DNA from: Sneathiella sp.
GTDB lineage: Bacteria > Pseudomonadota > Alphaproteobacteria > Sneathiellales > Sneathiellaceae
Direction: 5' to 3'
Assembly (NCBI RefSeq): GCF_041689005.1
Contig: NZ_JBDNHC010000106.1
Coordinates: 7,996 to 71,995, forward strand
Length of the DNA stretch: 64,000 nucleotides
Part shown: piece by piece, positions 30,812 to 39,725 of the stretch
Layout of the letters: the number at the start of each line of letters is the position of its first letter
How positions within the stretch are numbered: the first letter of the stretch is position 1
Program-made: the position numbers and the translations under genes
The notes under the pieces: generated by a model
What the model was told of the DNA's origin: nothing
The model's input: the letters and a program-made list of their open reading frames with translations, nothing else
The model's database searches: none

Positions 30812-30868
30812 AGTAATCATTCTCATTTTTTTATTGCAAATCATTCTTAATATCATTATTGACAATGT
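30812..30868 (+). promoter_or_regulatory. Fur-box-like AT-rich element upstream of the beta-barrel/imelysin/DUF1111 genes
   Basis: AATCATTCT occurs twice (30815-30823 and 30839-30847). ATCATTATT (30852-30860) matches 8/9 of the 3' half of the GATAATGATAATCATTATC consensus, and the 19-mer 30842-30860 matches about 12/19. Confidence 0.35.
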
Positions 30869-30960
30869 TATGCGGGCTTGCGGGGGTCGCAGACCCGAGG
30901 GCCCAAGCCGCCCTCTTCGCTGAGCGAACATCGGAATAAATAACGAGTGGAAGTAAAAAA

Positions 30961-32013
30961 ATGAAAACGGCGATAACAATGGCTTCGATGGTAGCCCTAT
31001 ATGGTTTTTCTGCAGCGGCGGAAGAGCCATCATATCCCAATGTGTCGGGGGAACTTTCGATTGAAATTGAAAATGACTGGACATATAAATCGGACGATCC
31101 CGATGCGGAAATCAATGATCTCTACCCGACCATCGTTCTCGGGACAGCCTTCACATTCAGTAAGAAATTTTCAGTTAATCTTGAGGCGACCCTGGAGCCG
31201 GTTGAAGATGCCACTTCGGATCGCGCGTTTGAAGATCTGGGCGGTTACCTCAACATTATTACGGCAAACTACGACAGTGACAATTTCGGCGTTTATGCCG
31301 GTAAATTCACGCCTAATTTTGGTATTGCCTGGGATGCTGCCCCGGGGATTTATGGTGTCGATCTGAATGAAGACTACGAATTTTCAGAAATGATTGGTTT
31401 CGGCGGCTATGTCGGCTTCCATGCCGGCGGCGAACAGACGATCTCCGCCAGTACGTTCTTTCAGGACACGACCTTTCTCAGCAATTCCATTGGCACACAG
31501 CGCGGGCCCCTGAATGTTTCCGACGGCGGCCCTACCAACACTGATAGCTTATCATCTTATGCCCTCGCCCTCGATGGCGGCATTGATGGCCTGGCCGGAT
31601 TTCTCTACCACGCCGGCTTTACCTCCCTCGCCTCCGGCGAGGATGGAAACAGCCGTCAATACGGCTATGTCGCCAGCGCGGAATATGCGTTTACGGTCAA
31701 TGAGGACATTACCATTGCCCCGATCGTGGAATATGCCTATTTCGAAAATGCGGGCGGCATCGATGATGATACCGCAGCCTATTTAACGGCCGGGGCCGCG
31801 CTGAATTATCAGAAATGGGTCCTTTCCTCCACATATCAGCAACGCAATACCGAGACCGGAGGCGTCGACACCGACGATTATGTGGTTGATGTGACCGTTG
31901 GCTATCTTTTCGATATGGGTCTCGGCGTGGCTGCCGCCTGGCGTGTCGCCGAAGAGGATAACGTTGATTCACGAGGCCTTGGCCTACTGGTGTCCTACGC
32001 CATCGACTTTTAA
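30961..32013 (+). CDS. Putative outer-membrane beta-barrel protein (unassigned family)
   Basis: Signal peptide (..GFSAAAEEP), alternating-hydrophobicity strands, rich in G/D/Y/N, and a C-terminal ...LLVSYAIDF (terminal aromatic typical of OMPs). Confidence 0.5.
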   Translation: MKTAITMASMVALYGFSAAAEEPSYPNVSGELSIEIENDWTYKSDDPDAEINDLYPTIVLGTAFTFSKKFSVNLEATLEPVEDATSDRAFEDLGGYLNIITANYDSDNFGVYAGKFTPNFGIAWDAAPGIYGVDLNEDYEFSEMIGFGGYVGFHAGGEQTISASTFFQDTTFLSNSIGTQRGPLNVSDGGPTNTDSLSSYALALDGGIDGLAGFLYHAGFTSLASGEDGNSRQYGYVASAEYAFTVNEDITIAPIVEYAYFENAGGIDDDTAAYLTAGAALNYQKWVLSSTYQQRNTETGGVDTDDYVVDVTVGYLFDMGLGVAAAWRVAEEDNVDSRGLGLLVSYAIDF

Positions 32014-32030
32014 GTTAAAGGAAAAATTCT

Positions 32031-33260
32031 ATGAAAAATATAGCCCTGATTACATCTGCATCCGTGCTGGCCCTATCTCTTGCCACATCGGGATATGCTT
32101 CGCAAACTGATCCTGTCCGCAATATTTCAAGCTACGCTTTATCCAAGGATGCCGCGGGTTACATTCCGGATTATAATGCCCATCCGGTCGTTACCAATTA
32201 CGCCGCGCTAGTTCTGGCCACCTATGAACAAACCCTCGCCGATGCAAAAGACCTGCAAACGGCAATTAAAGCATTACTGGAAAATCCGTCACAGGACAGC
32301 CTGAATGCGGCCCGAAATGCCTGGATCAATGCAAGAACCAGCTATTTGCAGACGGAGGCTTTCCGCTTCTATGAAGGACCGATCGATTTCGTCGATGAAA
32401 AGACGAAAGAGGAAGGACCGGAAGGGCATCTCAATGCCTGGCCCCTGAACGAAGGGTTTATCGATTACACGAAAGGCAATCCAAAGGGCGGGTTGATAAA
32501 TGACCCGTCCATTCCCCTCACCGCGGCCAGTATTCGCAGCCAGGATCAGGTTGAGGACGAAGCGGACGTAACCACCGGCTATCATGCCATCGAATTCCTG
32601 CTTTGGGGCCAGGACATGAACCCGACTTCCGCCGGCACCCGGCCGGTGTCAGATTTTATTGCCGGTAAGGGCAACAATGACCGGCGGCGCCTGTATCTGA
32701 CGACGGTGACCGAGATGGTGATTGAAGATCTTAATTTCCTGGTAAAAGCCTGGGCGGCAGACGATCCGGACAATTACGCCACTAAATTCATCGCCATGGA
32801 AGACAAGGAGGCATTAGGCCGGATACTGACATCGCTCGCAACGCTGAGTGAATTCGAGCTTGCCAACGAACGGATTGCAACCGGCATAGACAGCGGCGAC
32901 CAGGAAGATGAACAATCTTGCTTTTCCGACAATACCCTCAATGACGTCATCTTTGATCAGCGGGGCATTCGAAACGTTTACTTCGGCGGCTATGGCGATG
33001 TTGCCGGTGCCGGTCTCGATACGCTGGTGGCCAGTCTCGCCCCCAACCTGAATAACAAGATGATCGCGGCCCTCAACAAGACCGACGGCGCCATTAGCCA
33101 ACTGAATTATCCATATGATTCAATTCTGGCCTCCGCGGCGGATGATCCCGCGCGCGCCGAAGCGGAACTCGTTATCCAGGCGTTACAGGCGCAATCCGAT
33201 GTGATAAAGGAAATCGGAAAATTACTGGGAGTGATGGTCGTGGTCCCAACGGGCGGCTAA
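32031..33260 (+). CDS. Imelysin-family (IrpA / peptidase M75-like) periplasmic protein
   Basis: Signal peptide and the imelysin G-x-H-x-x-E motif (GYHAIEFLLWGQD). Confidence 0.8.
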   Translation: MKNIALITSASVLALSLATSGYASQTDPVRNISSYALSKDAAGYIPDYNAHPVVTNYAALVLATYEQTLADAKDLQTAIKALLENPSQDSLNAARNAWINARTSYLQTEAFRFYEGPIDFVDEKTKEEGPEGHLNAWPLNEGFIDYTKGNPKGGLINDPSIPLTAASIRSQDQVEDEADVTTGYHAIEFLLWGQDMNPTSAGTRPVSDFIAGKGNNDRRRLYLTTVTEMVIEDLNFLVKAWAADDPDNYATKFIAMEDKEALGRILTSLATLSEFELANERIATGIDSGDQEDEQSCFSDNTLNDVIFDQRGIRNVYFGGYGDVAGAGLDTLVASLAPNLNNKMIAALNKTDGAISQLNYPYDSILASAADDPARAEAELVIQALQAQSDVIKEIGKLLGVMVVVPTGG

Positions 33261-33289
33261 ACGGTCACTCCAACTTGGTGAGTATCTAA

Positions 33290-34687
33290 ATGAAATATGT
33301 TGCGTGGGCATCTATGCCCATCCTGCTTTTCCTTTCTTTTGTGGCGTGCGCGGGAGAAATGTCGCCTCAGGCTTTTGTGCCTGTCGGCGATAGCCCGGGC
33401 GGCGACACGACCCAGCATACGCGGGGGCGCAACTCCTTTTCCTTGCCGGCGGCAAATATCAATCGGCATGACCTGCGCGTGTTTTTCTTTGGCAACAAGC
33501 TGTTCAACACCAACTGGGTTATCGCGCCGGCATCGGTCAAGAAGCTTGATGGGCTCGGCCCGATCTTCAATCGCGTCTCCTGTTCCGGCTGCCATTTGCG
33601 CGATGGCCGCGGGCAACCGCCTGAAAAATACGGCGATGAGCTGCTCTCGATGCTGATCCGCTTGAGCGTGCCCGGCCGGAATGAGGACGGTGGTCCCAAA
33701 CCGCATCCGGCTTACGGTGATCAATTGAACGACCGCGCCATCCCGGATGTTCCAGCCGAAGGAAAAGTGCTGATCGAAACAACGGAGATCCCCGGACAAT
33801 TCGAGGACGGCACCCCCTATTCCCTTGCCGCGCCGAGCTACCATTTTTCGGACCTCGCCTTCGGCCCACTTGGCAGCGACGTGATGATTTCGCCGCGGGT
33901 GGCCCCTGCGGTTATTGGTCTTGGCCTGCTCGAAGCCATCCGTAATGAGGACTTGAAGGCACTTGCGGACCCGGACGATGCCGACGCGGACGGTATTTCG
34001 GGACGGATCAATCATGTCTGGGATCAGGCTAAAAAATCCGTTGAAATCGGCCGTTTCGGCTGGAAATCCAATGTCGCCAGCCTGATGCACCAGGATGCCG
34101 CCGCGGCGAACGGCGATATGGGGCTCACATCAACCCTGTTTCCGGTAGAAAACTGCCCCTCGGTACAAACCGCCTGCCGTGCGGCGCCAACGGGCACCGG
34201 TGTTCAACTCAGCGACAAGTTTCTAAAAAAGCTGACTTTGTATGCGCAGACACTCGCTGTCCCCGCACGCCGACATGCGGACGAGGCAGATGTTCTGGCC
34301 GGGGAAAAGCTTTTTTCCGCCATTGGCTGCGGCGGTTGTCATATTCCGACCTTTGTCACCGGCAAACATCCGGATCTTGATATTCTGTCAAACCAGACCA
34401 TCCATCCATTTACGGATCTTTTGCTGCACGACATGGGGGACGGGCTTGCGGATGGCCGCCCTGACTTTGAGGCGACGGGGACGGAATGGCGGACGGCCCC
34501 GCTCTGGGGGATCGGGTTGGTCGAGTCTGTCAACAACCACACCCGGTTCCTGCATGATGGCCGGGCCCGCTCGATCGAGGAGGCAGTCCTCTGGCATGGC
34601 GGCGAGGCCAAGGCCGCCAAGGAGAAATACCGCGCCCTCGATAAGCCAGAGCGCCAGCAGTTACTGGCCTTCCTGAATTCTCTTTAG
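33290..34687 (+). CDS. Di-haem cytochrome c peroxidase-like protein (DUF1111 family), lipoprotein
   Basis: Lipobox (SFVAC), two CxxCH motifs (CSGCHLRDGRG and CGGCHIP), and C-terminal FLHDGRA....A..WHGGEA. Confidence 0.8.
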   Translation: MKYVAWASMPILLFLSFVACAGEMSPQAFVPVGDSPGGDTTQHTRGRNSFSLPAANINRHDLRVFFFGNKLFNTNWVIAPASVKKLDGLGPIFNRVSCSGCHLRDGRGQPPEKYGDELLSMLIRLSVPGRNEDGGPKPHPAYGDQLNDRAIPDVPAEGKVLIETTEIPGQFEDGTPYSLAAPSYHFSDLAFGPLGSDVMISPRVAPAVIGLGLLEAIRNEDLKALADPDDADADGISGRINHVWDQAKKSVEIGRFGWKSNVASLMHQDAAAANGDMGLTSTLFPVENCPSVQTACRAAPTGTGVQLSDKFLKKLTLYAQTLAVPARRHADEADVLAGEKLFSAIGCGGCHIPTFVTGKHPDLDILSNQTIHPFTDLLLHDMGDGLADGRPDFEATGTEWRTAPLWGIGLVESVNNHTRFLHDGRARSIEEAVLWHGGEAKAAKEKYRALDKPERQQLLAFLNSL

Positions 34688-34780
34688 AAAAGACCGAGGA
34701 TTTGTGCGACTGTCTTGTGCCCAAAACCGAAATGCAGTTTCCCTCTCCCCATAGCGAAAAATGCCTGATATAGTCTTTAC

Positions 34781-35263
34781 ATGACTGATCCGGTGACACC
34801 AGAAAAATACGATCGGAAAAATGATCCTTCCTCTCCGGATTTTCGGATCATGAACTGGATTGGCATTATCAGTCAGGTGACGGATACAAGGATGCGTCAG
34901 TTGCTGGAAAGCACCAACGTGCCCCTACCGCAATATATCATCCTCAACCATTTTGTGGGTCAGCCGAAGAATGGCAAAACCGTCTCCGGCATTTCCTGGG
35001 CCCTGCAACAACCGCAGCCCGGCATCACCAAGACCGTCCGCAAGCTCCTTGATAAGGGCTTCCTCAGAGCGGATGAGAACCCTGACGATGGCCGTTCGAA
35101 AACCCTGTTTATTACGGATGCAGGAACAACCGCCCACAAGAAAGCCGAAGAAAAGCTGGAAATAGCCATGGCAGAAACATTTGATGGCTGGCGCGAGTGG
35201 GAAAAACGCGATTTCTTTGGATTTCTCGACCGACTTAAATCCCAACTAGAAGACAATCGCTGA
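34781..35263 (+). CDS. MarR-family transcriptional regulator
   Basis: 160-aa winged HTH (LPQYIILNHF...GITKTVRKLLDKGFL....NPDDGRSKTLFITDAG). Confidence 0.8.
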   Translation: MTDPVTPEKYDRKNDPSSPDFRIMNWIGIISQVTDTRMRQLLESTNVPLPQYIILNHFVGQPKNGKTVSGISWALQQPQPGITKTVRKLLDKGFLRADENPDDGRSKTLFITDAGTTAHKKAEEKLEIAMAETFDGWREWEKRDFFGFLDRLKSQLEDNR

Positions 35264-35294
35264 TCTGGCGTGATGTCATTACCGGCGATCCGGT

Positions 35295-36179
35295 CTAGAT
35301 CTCAGGATCAGCCACTGCCTGTGACTGTACCTTGGCACCGCGTAAATTGATAATGGCGACCCCGGCAAGGGTAATCGTACCGCCGATTATAAAACGCAGC
35401 GTAATAGGCTCCGAGAACAGCAGCACCCCGAACGCAACACCGAAAATGGGCGCCAGCAACCCATAGGGCGTCAGGACGGAGATGGGATATCGTTGCAGCA
35501 GGTAATACCAGCTGCCATGGGCAATGATCGTTGTTACGACGACGACAAAGAGCAGCGCGCCGAACGCCTCCCAGTCCATCGACAGCAGCGATTCCCTCTG
35601 CCCCTCCTCGATCAGGTAGGACAGCAGAATAAGGGGTGGTACGGATATGACACTAATCCACGCCTGCAATGTCATTGTCCCGACATTCCGGATCTGCCGC
35701 ATTAAAATCAATCCTACCGCCATGAACATAGCCGCCCCGGCAACGAAAGCGACCCCTTCCAGTTGGTTAAAAATAACCGGGTCGAAGCCGATTGCAATAA
35801 CCCCACTGAACGCCATCACAATCCCGAGAACACGCCGCCAGCCAATTGTCTCCTTCAGAACCAAAACGGCGAGTATCACTGAAAAGGGCGCAATTAGCTG
35901 GCTGGTTATAGCGACAGCAGTTACGCCTCCGGCCACATTAATTCCAATATAAAGAAAGGTAAAATGGCATACGCCGACGGTGATCGCGATCCAGATAATC
36001 GCCCGCATCCGGCCCTTGATGATTTTAAGAAAGGGCGACAGCAAGGCCGCAACCATCAGGAACCGTAACGAGGTAAAAAATAGCGGCGTAAAATGATCGA
36101 GGCCAACTTTTGAGGCGACGAAGGAAAACCCCCATATGGCACTTACCAGAAGTGCCAGAGCAATATGAGGAAATGTCAT
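35295..36179 (-). CDS. DMT/EamA-family transporter
   Basis: 294 aa, 10 TM helices, with N-terminus ALLVSAIWGFSFVASK. Confidence 0.8.
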   Translation of the reverse strand: MTFPHIALALLVSAIWGFSFVASKVGLDHFTPLFFTSLRFLMVAALLSPFLKIIKGRMRAIIWIAITVGVCHFTFLYIGINVAGGVTAVAITSQLIAPFSVILAVLVLKETIGWRRVLGIVMAFSGVIAIGFDPVIFNQLEGVAFVAGAAMFMAVGLILMRQIRNVGTMTLQAWISVISVPPLILLSYLIEEGQRESLLSMDWEAFGALLFVVVVTTIIAHGSWYYLLQRYPISVLTPYGLLAPIFGVAFGVLLFSEPITLRFIIGGTITLAGVAIINLRGAKVQSQAVADPEI

Positions 36180-36373
36180 CTGACTAGCTTTCTAATAGAA
36201 GGCGCTGCCACAAAATATGGGCCATAACCGCCGATAGGATCATTCCTCGGGACGTCCATCGGAAGAACTGATCTTGTGTTATCTCAGGTTCAGGTTGACA
36301 ATACAATTCGCAAGTTGAATTAACAGGGCCGAGGGCAGTGTTCGGTTCGACCACAAAGTCAAAAGGCCTGTAG

Positions 36374-37369
36374 ATGGATTCAGTGACACAGTTTCTTCTG
36401 GGCGCGAGTATTTCAGGAGCATTACTCGGTCCCCGGATTGGCGCGAAATCCTTGCTCATAGGTGGTCTGGTCGCGACATTACCAGATCTTGACAGCTTCA
36501 TTCCCTACGACGATCCCATTACCTCCATGACCCACCATCGCGGTTTCAGTCATTCCCTCATCGTCCAGACGATTATTTCGCCGGTCATTGCGATTATCGT
36601 CGGTAAGATTGTTCCCTCAACCGCAGCTCACAGGAAACTATTATTCCTGACGGTCTGGCTGGCCCTTATCACCCATAGCCTGCTCGATTCCCTGACGACA
36701 TACGGAACCCAGTTGTTCTGGCCCTTGTCGACCTCCCCACCGGCTGCCCTTCCGTCGGTTTTTATTATCGATCCCTTTTACACCCTGCTCCTGCTCGCAG
36801 GCGTTTTAACGATATTTTTTGCCCGTAAGCGACCGGGTCGAGGCTTGAAGACAAACGGGATTTTGCTGGCCTTGGCAACGGGCTACCTTGCGGTCGGCGT
36901 AATGAGCCACTTTGTCATCGCCGCCCGCGCGGCCACGGATCCGCAACTCGCGGGCATGCGGATTCATGTTCAACCGACACCGCTCAATCTGCTGATATGG
37001 CAGGTAACGGCGATATCCGATGATAGATTTTCAACAGGCTTGACTAGTCTTGTTCAAGACTGCCCCATTCGCGATCTCATCACCGCGGATCGCCACGCCA
37101 TGCCGGAGGGACTAGATACAGTCCCGCCTCCGGTCGAGCGTCTGGAATGGTTCACCGACGGTTTTTATACCTACGGAACGTCGGGAGATGCCCTGACAGT
37201 TACAGATCTGCGTATCGGCTATTACCCCAGTTATGCCTTCTCGTTTAAATTTGCGGCGGAAGAGGGCGGCAAGATCACGCCGATTAACCCCGAACGCATT
37301 CCCATCAGCTATGAAAAGCGCGCGGGCGACCTTTTCGGACAGATGGCAAAAACGCTGAGAGGCTGCTGA
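36374..37369 (+). CDS. Membrane-bound metal-dependent hydrolase (DUF457 / YdjM-like) with extra C-terminal domain
   Basis: MDSVTQFLLGASI...LPDLDSF...HRGFSHSL are the DUF457 His/Asp motifs. There is a soluble C-terminal extension of about 150 aa. Confidence 0.6.
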   Translation: MDSVTQFLLGASISGALLGPRIGAKSLLIGGLVATLPDLDSFIPYDDPITSMTHHRGFSHSLIVQTIISPVIAIIVGKIVPSTAAHRKLLFLTVWLALITHSLLDSLTTYGTQLFWPLSTSPPAALPSVFIIDPFYTLLLLAGVLTIFFARKRPGRGLKTNGILLALATGYLAVGVMSHFVIAARAATDPQLAGMRIHVQPTPLNLLIWQVTAISDDRFSTGLTSLVQDCPIRDLITADRHAMPEGLDTVPPPVERLEWFTDGFYTYGTSGDALTVTDLRIGYYPSYAFSFKFAAEEGGKITPINPERIPISYEKRAGDLFGQMAKTLRGC

Positions 37370-37395
37370 TACACCCGGTTGGAGAAGATGGCATA

Positions 37396-37875
37396 ATGGA
37401 AATTGAACGGAAATACCTCGTCGCCAATGACGGCTGGAAAGCCGATATTCTGTCGTCTGCGCGCATTGTGCAGTTTTACCTCACGGGCCTTGACCAGTCG
37501 CCGACGGTAAGGCTGAGGCTTGTCGGTGATCAGGGTATCCTTACTCTGAAATACCCCTCTGTTTCCGACACGGTCCTGGCTCGCGATGAATTTGAATATG
37601 AAATTCCCAAATCGGATGTGGAGGCCCAGCTTCACCGGGCGACAGGGGCAATAATTCGTAAAACCCGCCATAACGTAAAAGGACCGGACGGCCAGCTTTG
37701 GGAGGTCGATGAATTCGCCGCCCCGGTGGGCGGCCTGATCCTGGCGGAAATAGAACTAAAGAGCATAGCGCAATCCTTTGCAAGGCCGGACTGGCTTGGC
37801 AAGGACGTGACGCAAAATCCGGCCTATAGCAATCTTTCGCTTTCTTTTTCAGCACAGCCAACAGCTGGAGACTAA
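37396..37875 (+). CDS. CYTH-domain (triphosphate tunnel metalloenzyme) protein
   Basis: N-terminal E-x-E-x-K signature (MEIERKYLV) and the later EFEYEI / LAEIEL acidic strands. Confidence 0.8.
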   Translation: MEIERKYLVANDGWKADILSSARIVQFYLTGLDQSPTVRLRLVGDQGILTLKYPSVSDTVLARDEFEYEIPKSDVEAQLHRATGAIIRKTRHNVKGPDGQLWEVDEFAAPVGGLILAEIELKSIAQSFARPDWLGKDVTQNPAYSNLSLSFSAQPTAGD

Positions 37876-38043
37876 TGGCGATTGGGGCGTCAATTTTTTA
37901 GATCATGAAGACAGCCGACATCAAAAATATTACTGGCGAATTTGACTGGCGATCTATACTGTTCGGACAGAGCCTCCCCAAAGGCATGTTCCAAATTGCA
38001 ACCCGTTCCTCCCGCCTGAGAGAACTACATCACGGAGGCGACA

Positions 38044-38745
38044 ATTTTTTCAATTCTTACACTTGGTTTTCTCATCGGCATGCGCCATGCCCTCGAAGCA
38101 GATCATGTCGCCGCGGTCGCCAGCCTTGCAACGGGCAGCAAGACGGTGGCCCAGACTATCGTTCATGGTGCGGTTTGGGGGCTTGGCCATACTCTCGCCC
38201 TTCTCGGTGTCGGAACGATTGTCATCTTCATGAACAGCGCCGTTCCCGACCAGCTCGCTCATTGGCTGGAATTCACGGTGGGTGTGATGCTCGTTCTCCT
38301 CGGGGTCGACGTTATTCGTCGTCTCGTCAAGGATCGCATTCATTTTCACTTTCACAAGCATGACCCTGAAAGCCGCCCTCATATTCATGCCCATTCGCAT
38401 CGCGGCGAAGGTGTTCATCAAGCCTCGCCTCATGATCACAAACATTCGAAGGGGCTGACCGCCCGTGTCCTTGCCGTTGGTATTATGCATGGTCTTGCCG
38501 GGTCGGCAGCGCTTGTTCTTCTTGTTGCCGGAACGATCGACGACCCCTTTACCGGGCTGCTGTATATCATCCTGTTTGGCTTCGGCTCCATTATCGGGAT
38601 GGCCGCGCTTTCCGCCGTGATTGCGGTGCCGCTGCGCTATTCGGCAACCTCGATGACATGGGCTTATAACGGCCTGCAGGCCACCGTTGGCGTCGCCACG
38701 ATCTCCCTCGGTGCCTATACGATGTACAGCCTTGGCCTTGCCTGA
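38044..38745 (+). CDS. NicO/RcnA-type nickel/cobalt efflux permease with His-rich loop; proposed ATT start
   Basis: The GMRHALEADH signature (HxxxDH of the NicO family) sits at the very start of the longest canonical ORF (ATG 38080). There is a His-rich loop, HFHFHKHDPESRPHIHAHSHRGEGVHQASPHDHKH. The frame is open back to TGA 38017-38019. GGAGG at 38034-38038 lies 5 nt before ATT 38044. Confidence 0.65.
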   Translation: MFSILTLGFLIGMRHALEADHVAAVASLATGSKTVAQTIVHGAVWGLGHTLALLGVGTIVIFMNSAVPDQLAHWLEFTVGVMLVLLGVDVIRRLVKDRIHFHFHKHDPESRPHIHAHSHRGEGVHQASPHDHKHSKGLTARVLAVGIMHGLAGSAALVLLVAGTIDDPFTGLLYIILFGFGSIIGMAALSAVIAVPLRYSATSMTWAYNGLQATVGVATISLGAYTMYSLGLA

Positions 38746-39709
38746 AGTTCATCCACAAGGCGGAAAAATATCGCATCCCGTTTCCGCTCTCCTACCGCAT
38801 CTGGCGCTGCTTTTTGCCGTCATGCTTCTGGGGCTATCGTTTGTCGGTGTCAGGGCAATCATGGCGGACAACGAGGCACCGGCAACGCTCGGCTTTCTCC
38901 GATATGGCCTCGCGGTGCTGATATTGCTGCCCTTCCTGTTAGGGGCAAAAGCAAAACGGCAAAAGTTGCCGCTGAATGTCATTCTTATCATTATCCTTCT
39001 CGGTGTTCTGCAGTTCGGTCTGTTCCATCTGTTCATCAATACAGCGCTTGAGAAAATTACCGCCTCGCGCGGGGCTGTCATATTCGCCCTTATCCCGATC
39101 ATGACGATGTTGCTTGCCGCCGCCACCGGACGCGATACCCTGACCAGCCTCAAGCTGTTCGCCGCCATCCTGTCGATCATTGGTGTCGCCGTTGCCATAG
39201 GCGAAAAAGCGTTCGCGCCGGAGGCCGCAAGTAAAAGCTGGACCGGTGAATTGCTGTTTTTCATGGCGGTTTGCTGCGGGTCAATTTATAACACCTTTTC
39301 CAGTCGGTTGATGCAAAACCGGTCGGTCCTGCTGATGACCATCATCGGCATGGGCGCTGGCACCATGGCTATTTTCCCCGTCGCCTACAGCGAAGGTCTT
39401 AGTTCCGTATTAACCGGTTATACGACGAAAGACTGGATGTGGATATTTTACCTGTCAGGTCCTGCCGCCGCCGTGAGCCTGCTGATTTTTAACTGGGGAT
39501 TGCAGCAATTATCACCCTCGCAGACGGCGATTTATGTGCCCATTGCGCCGATTTTGGCAGCCGCGTTCGGTGCCCTCATCCTGAATGAACATCTTTCTCA
39601 ACTGTTTCTTGTCGGCCTTGGCTGTGCTGTCGCCGGACCGATACTCGTAAATTGGCGGCGGCGGGGCGGCGTCAACAGCCCTGCCCCGCCGGAACGCCCG
39701 CAGAACTAA
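38687..39709 (+). CDS. DMT/EamA-family transporter
   Basis: 10-TM EamA architecture. The start is uncertain: TTG 38687/38732/38738 or GTG 38711. ATG 38822 would truncate TM1 ([20 protein letters not shown]). Confidence 0.7.
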   Translation: MASPRSPSVPIRCTALALPEVHPQGGKISHPVSALLPHLALLFAVMLLGLSFVGVRAIMADNEAPATLGFLRYGLAVLILLPFLLGAKAKRQKLPLNVILIIILLGVLQFGLFHLFINTALEKITASRGAVIFALIPIMTMLLAAATGRDTLTSLKLFAAILSIIGVAVAIGEKAFAPEAASKSWTGELLFFMAVCCGSIYNTFSSRLMQNRSVLLMTIIGMGAGTMAIFPVAYSEGLSSVLTGYTTKDWMWIFYLSGPAAAVSLLIFNWGLQQLSPSQTAIYVPIAPILAAAFGALILNEHLSQLFLVGLGCAVAGPILVNWRRRGGVNSPAPPERPQN

Positions 39710-39725
39710 CCTTGAGGAGGAATAT

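Noticed and set aside
30707-30850. 47-codon ORF (MVRFSGTIKLPCQHK...) in the leader of the imelysin operon.
   Set aside because: It has no Shine-Dalgarno sequence and no recognisable motif, and it runs through the Fur-box-like AT-rich element. It is most likely non-coding.
36330-36360. GGTTCGA sequence resembling a tRNA T-loop, and GTTC-G-GTTC resembling an alphaproteobacterial LexA box, upstream of the DUF457 (YdjM-like) gene.
   Set aside because: There is no flanking T-stem or acceptor complementarity, so it is not a tRNA. The alphaproteobacterial SOS box needs GTTC-N7-GTTC spacing, and here the spacing is 1 nt.
37876-38043. Possible NiCo (czcD-motif) or B12 riboswitch upstream of the NicO-type exporter. 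There is a small hairpin, CTGT-TCGG-ACAG, and CCTCC anti-SD-like motifs.
   Set aside because: I cannot recognise the four-way-junction consensus or any conserved riboswitch core. The pairings are only 4-5 bp and could arise by chance. The anti-SD idea is kept only as a note within the ATT-start finding.
37905-38363. 152-aa plus-strand ORF upstream of and overlapping the NicO gene.
   Set aside because: It is out of frame with the NicO signature. Its product is Arg/Ser/Cys-rich and low-complexity (..PCPRSRSCRRGRQPCNGQ..), as expected for an off-frame reading of a real gene. It has no RBS.
38748-38757. DnaA-box-like 9-mers: TCATCCACA at 38749-38757 and TGTGGATAT at about 63031-63039.
   Set aside because: These are single, isolated 8/9 matches, one at the NicO/DMT gene junction and one in the pgi/dppF-remnant spacer. 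There is no cluster, AT-rich unwinding element or replication genes nearby.
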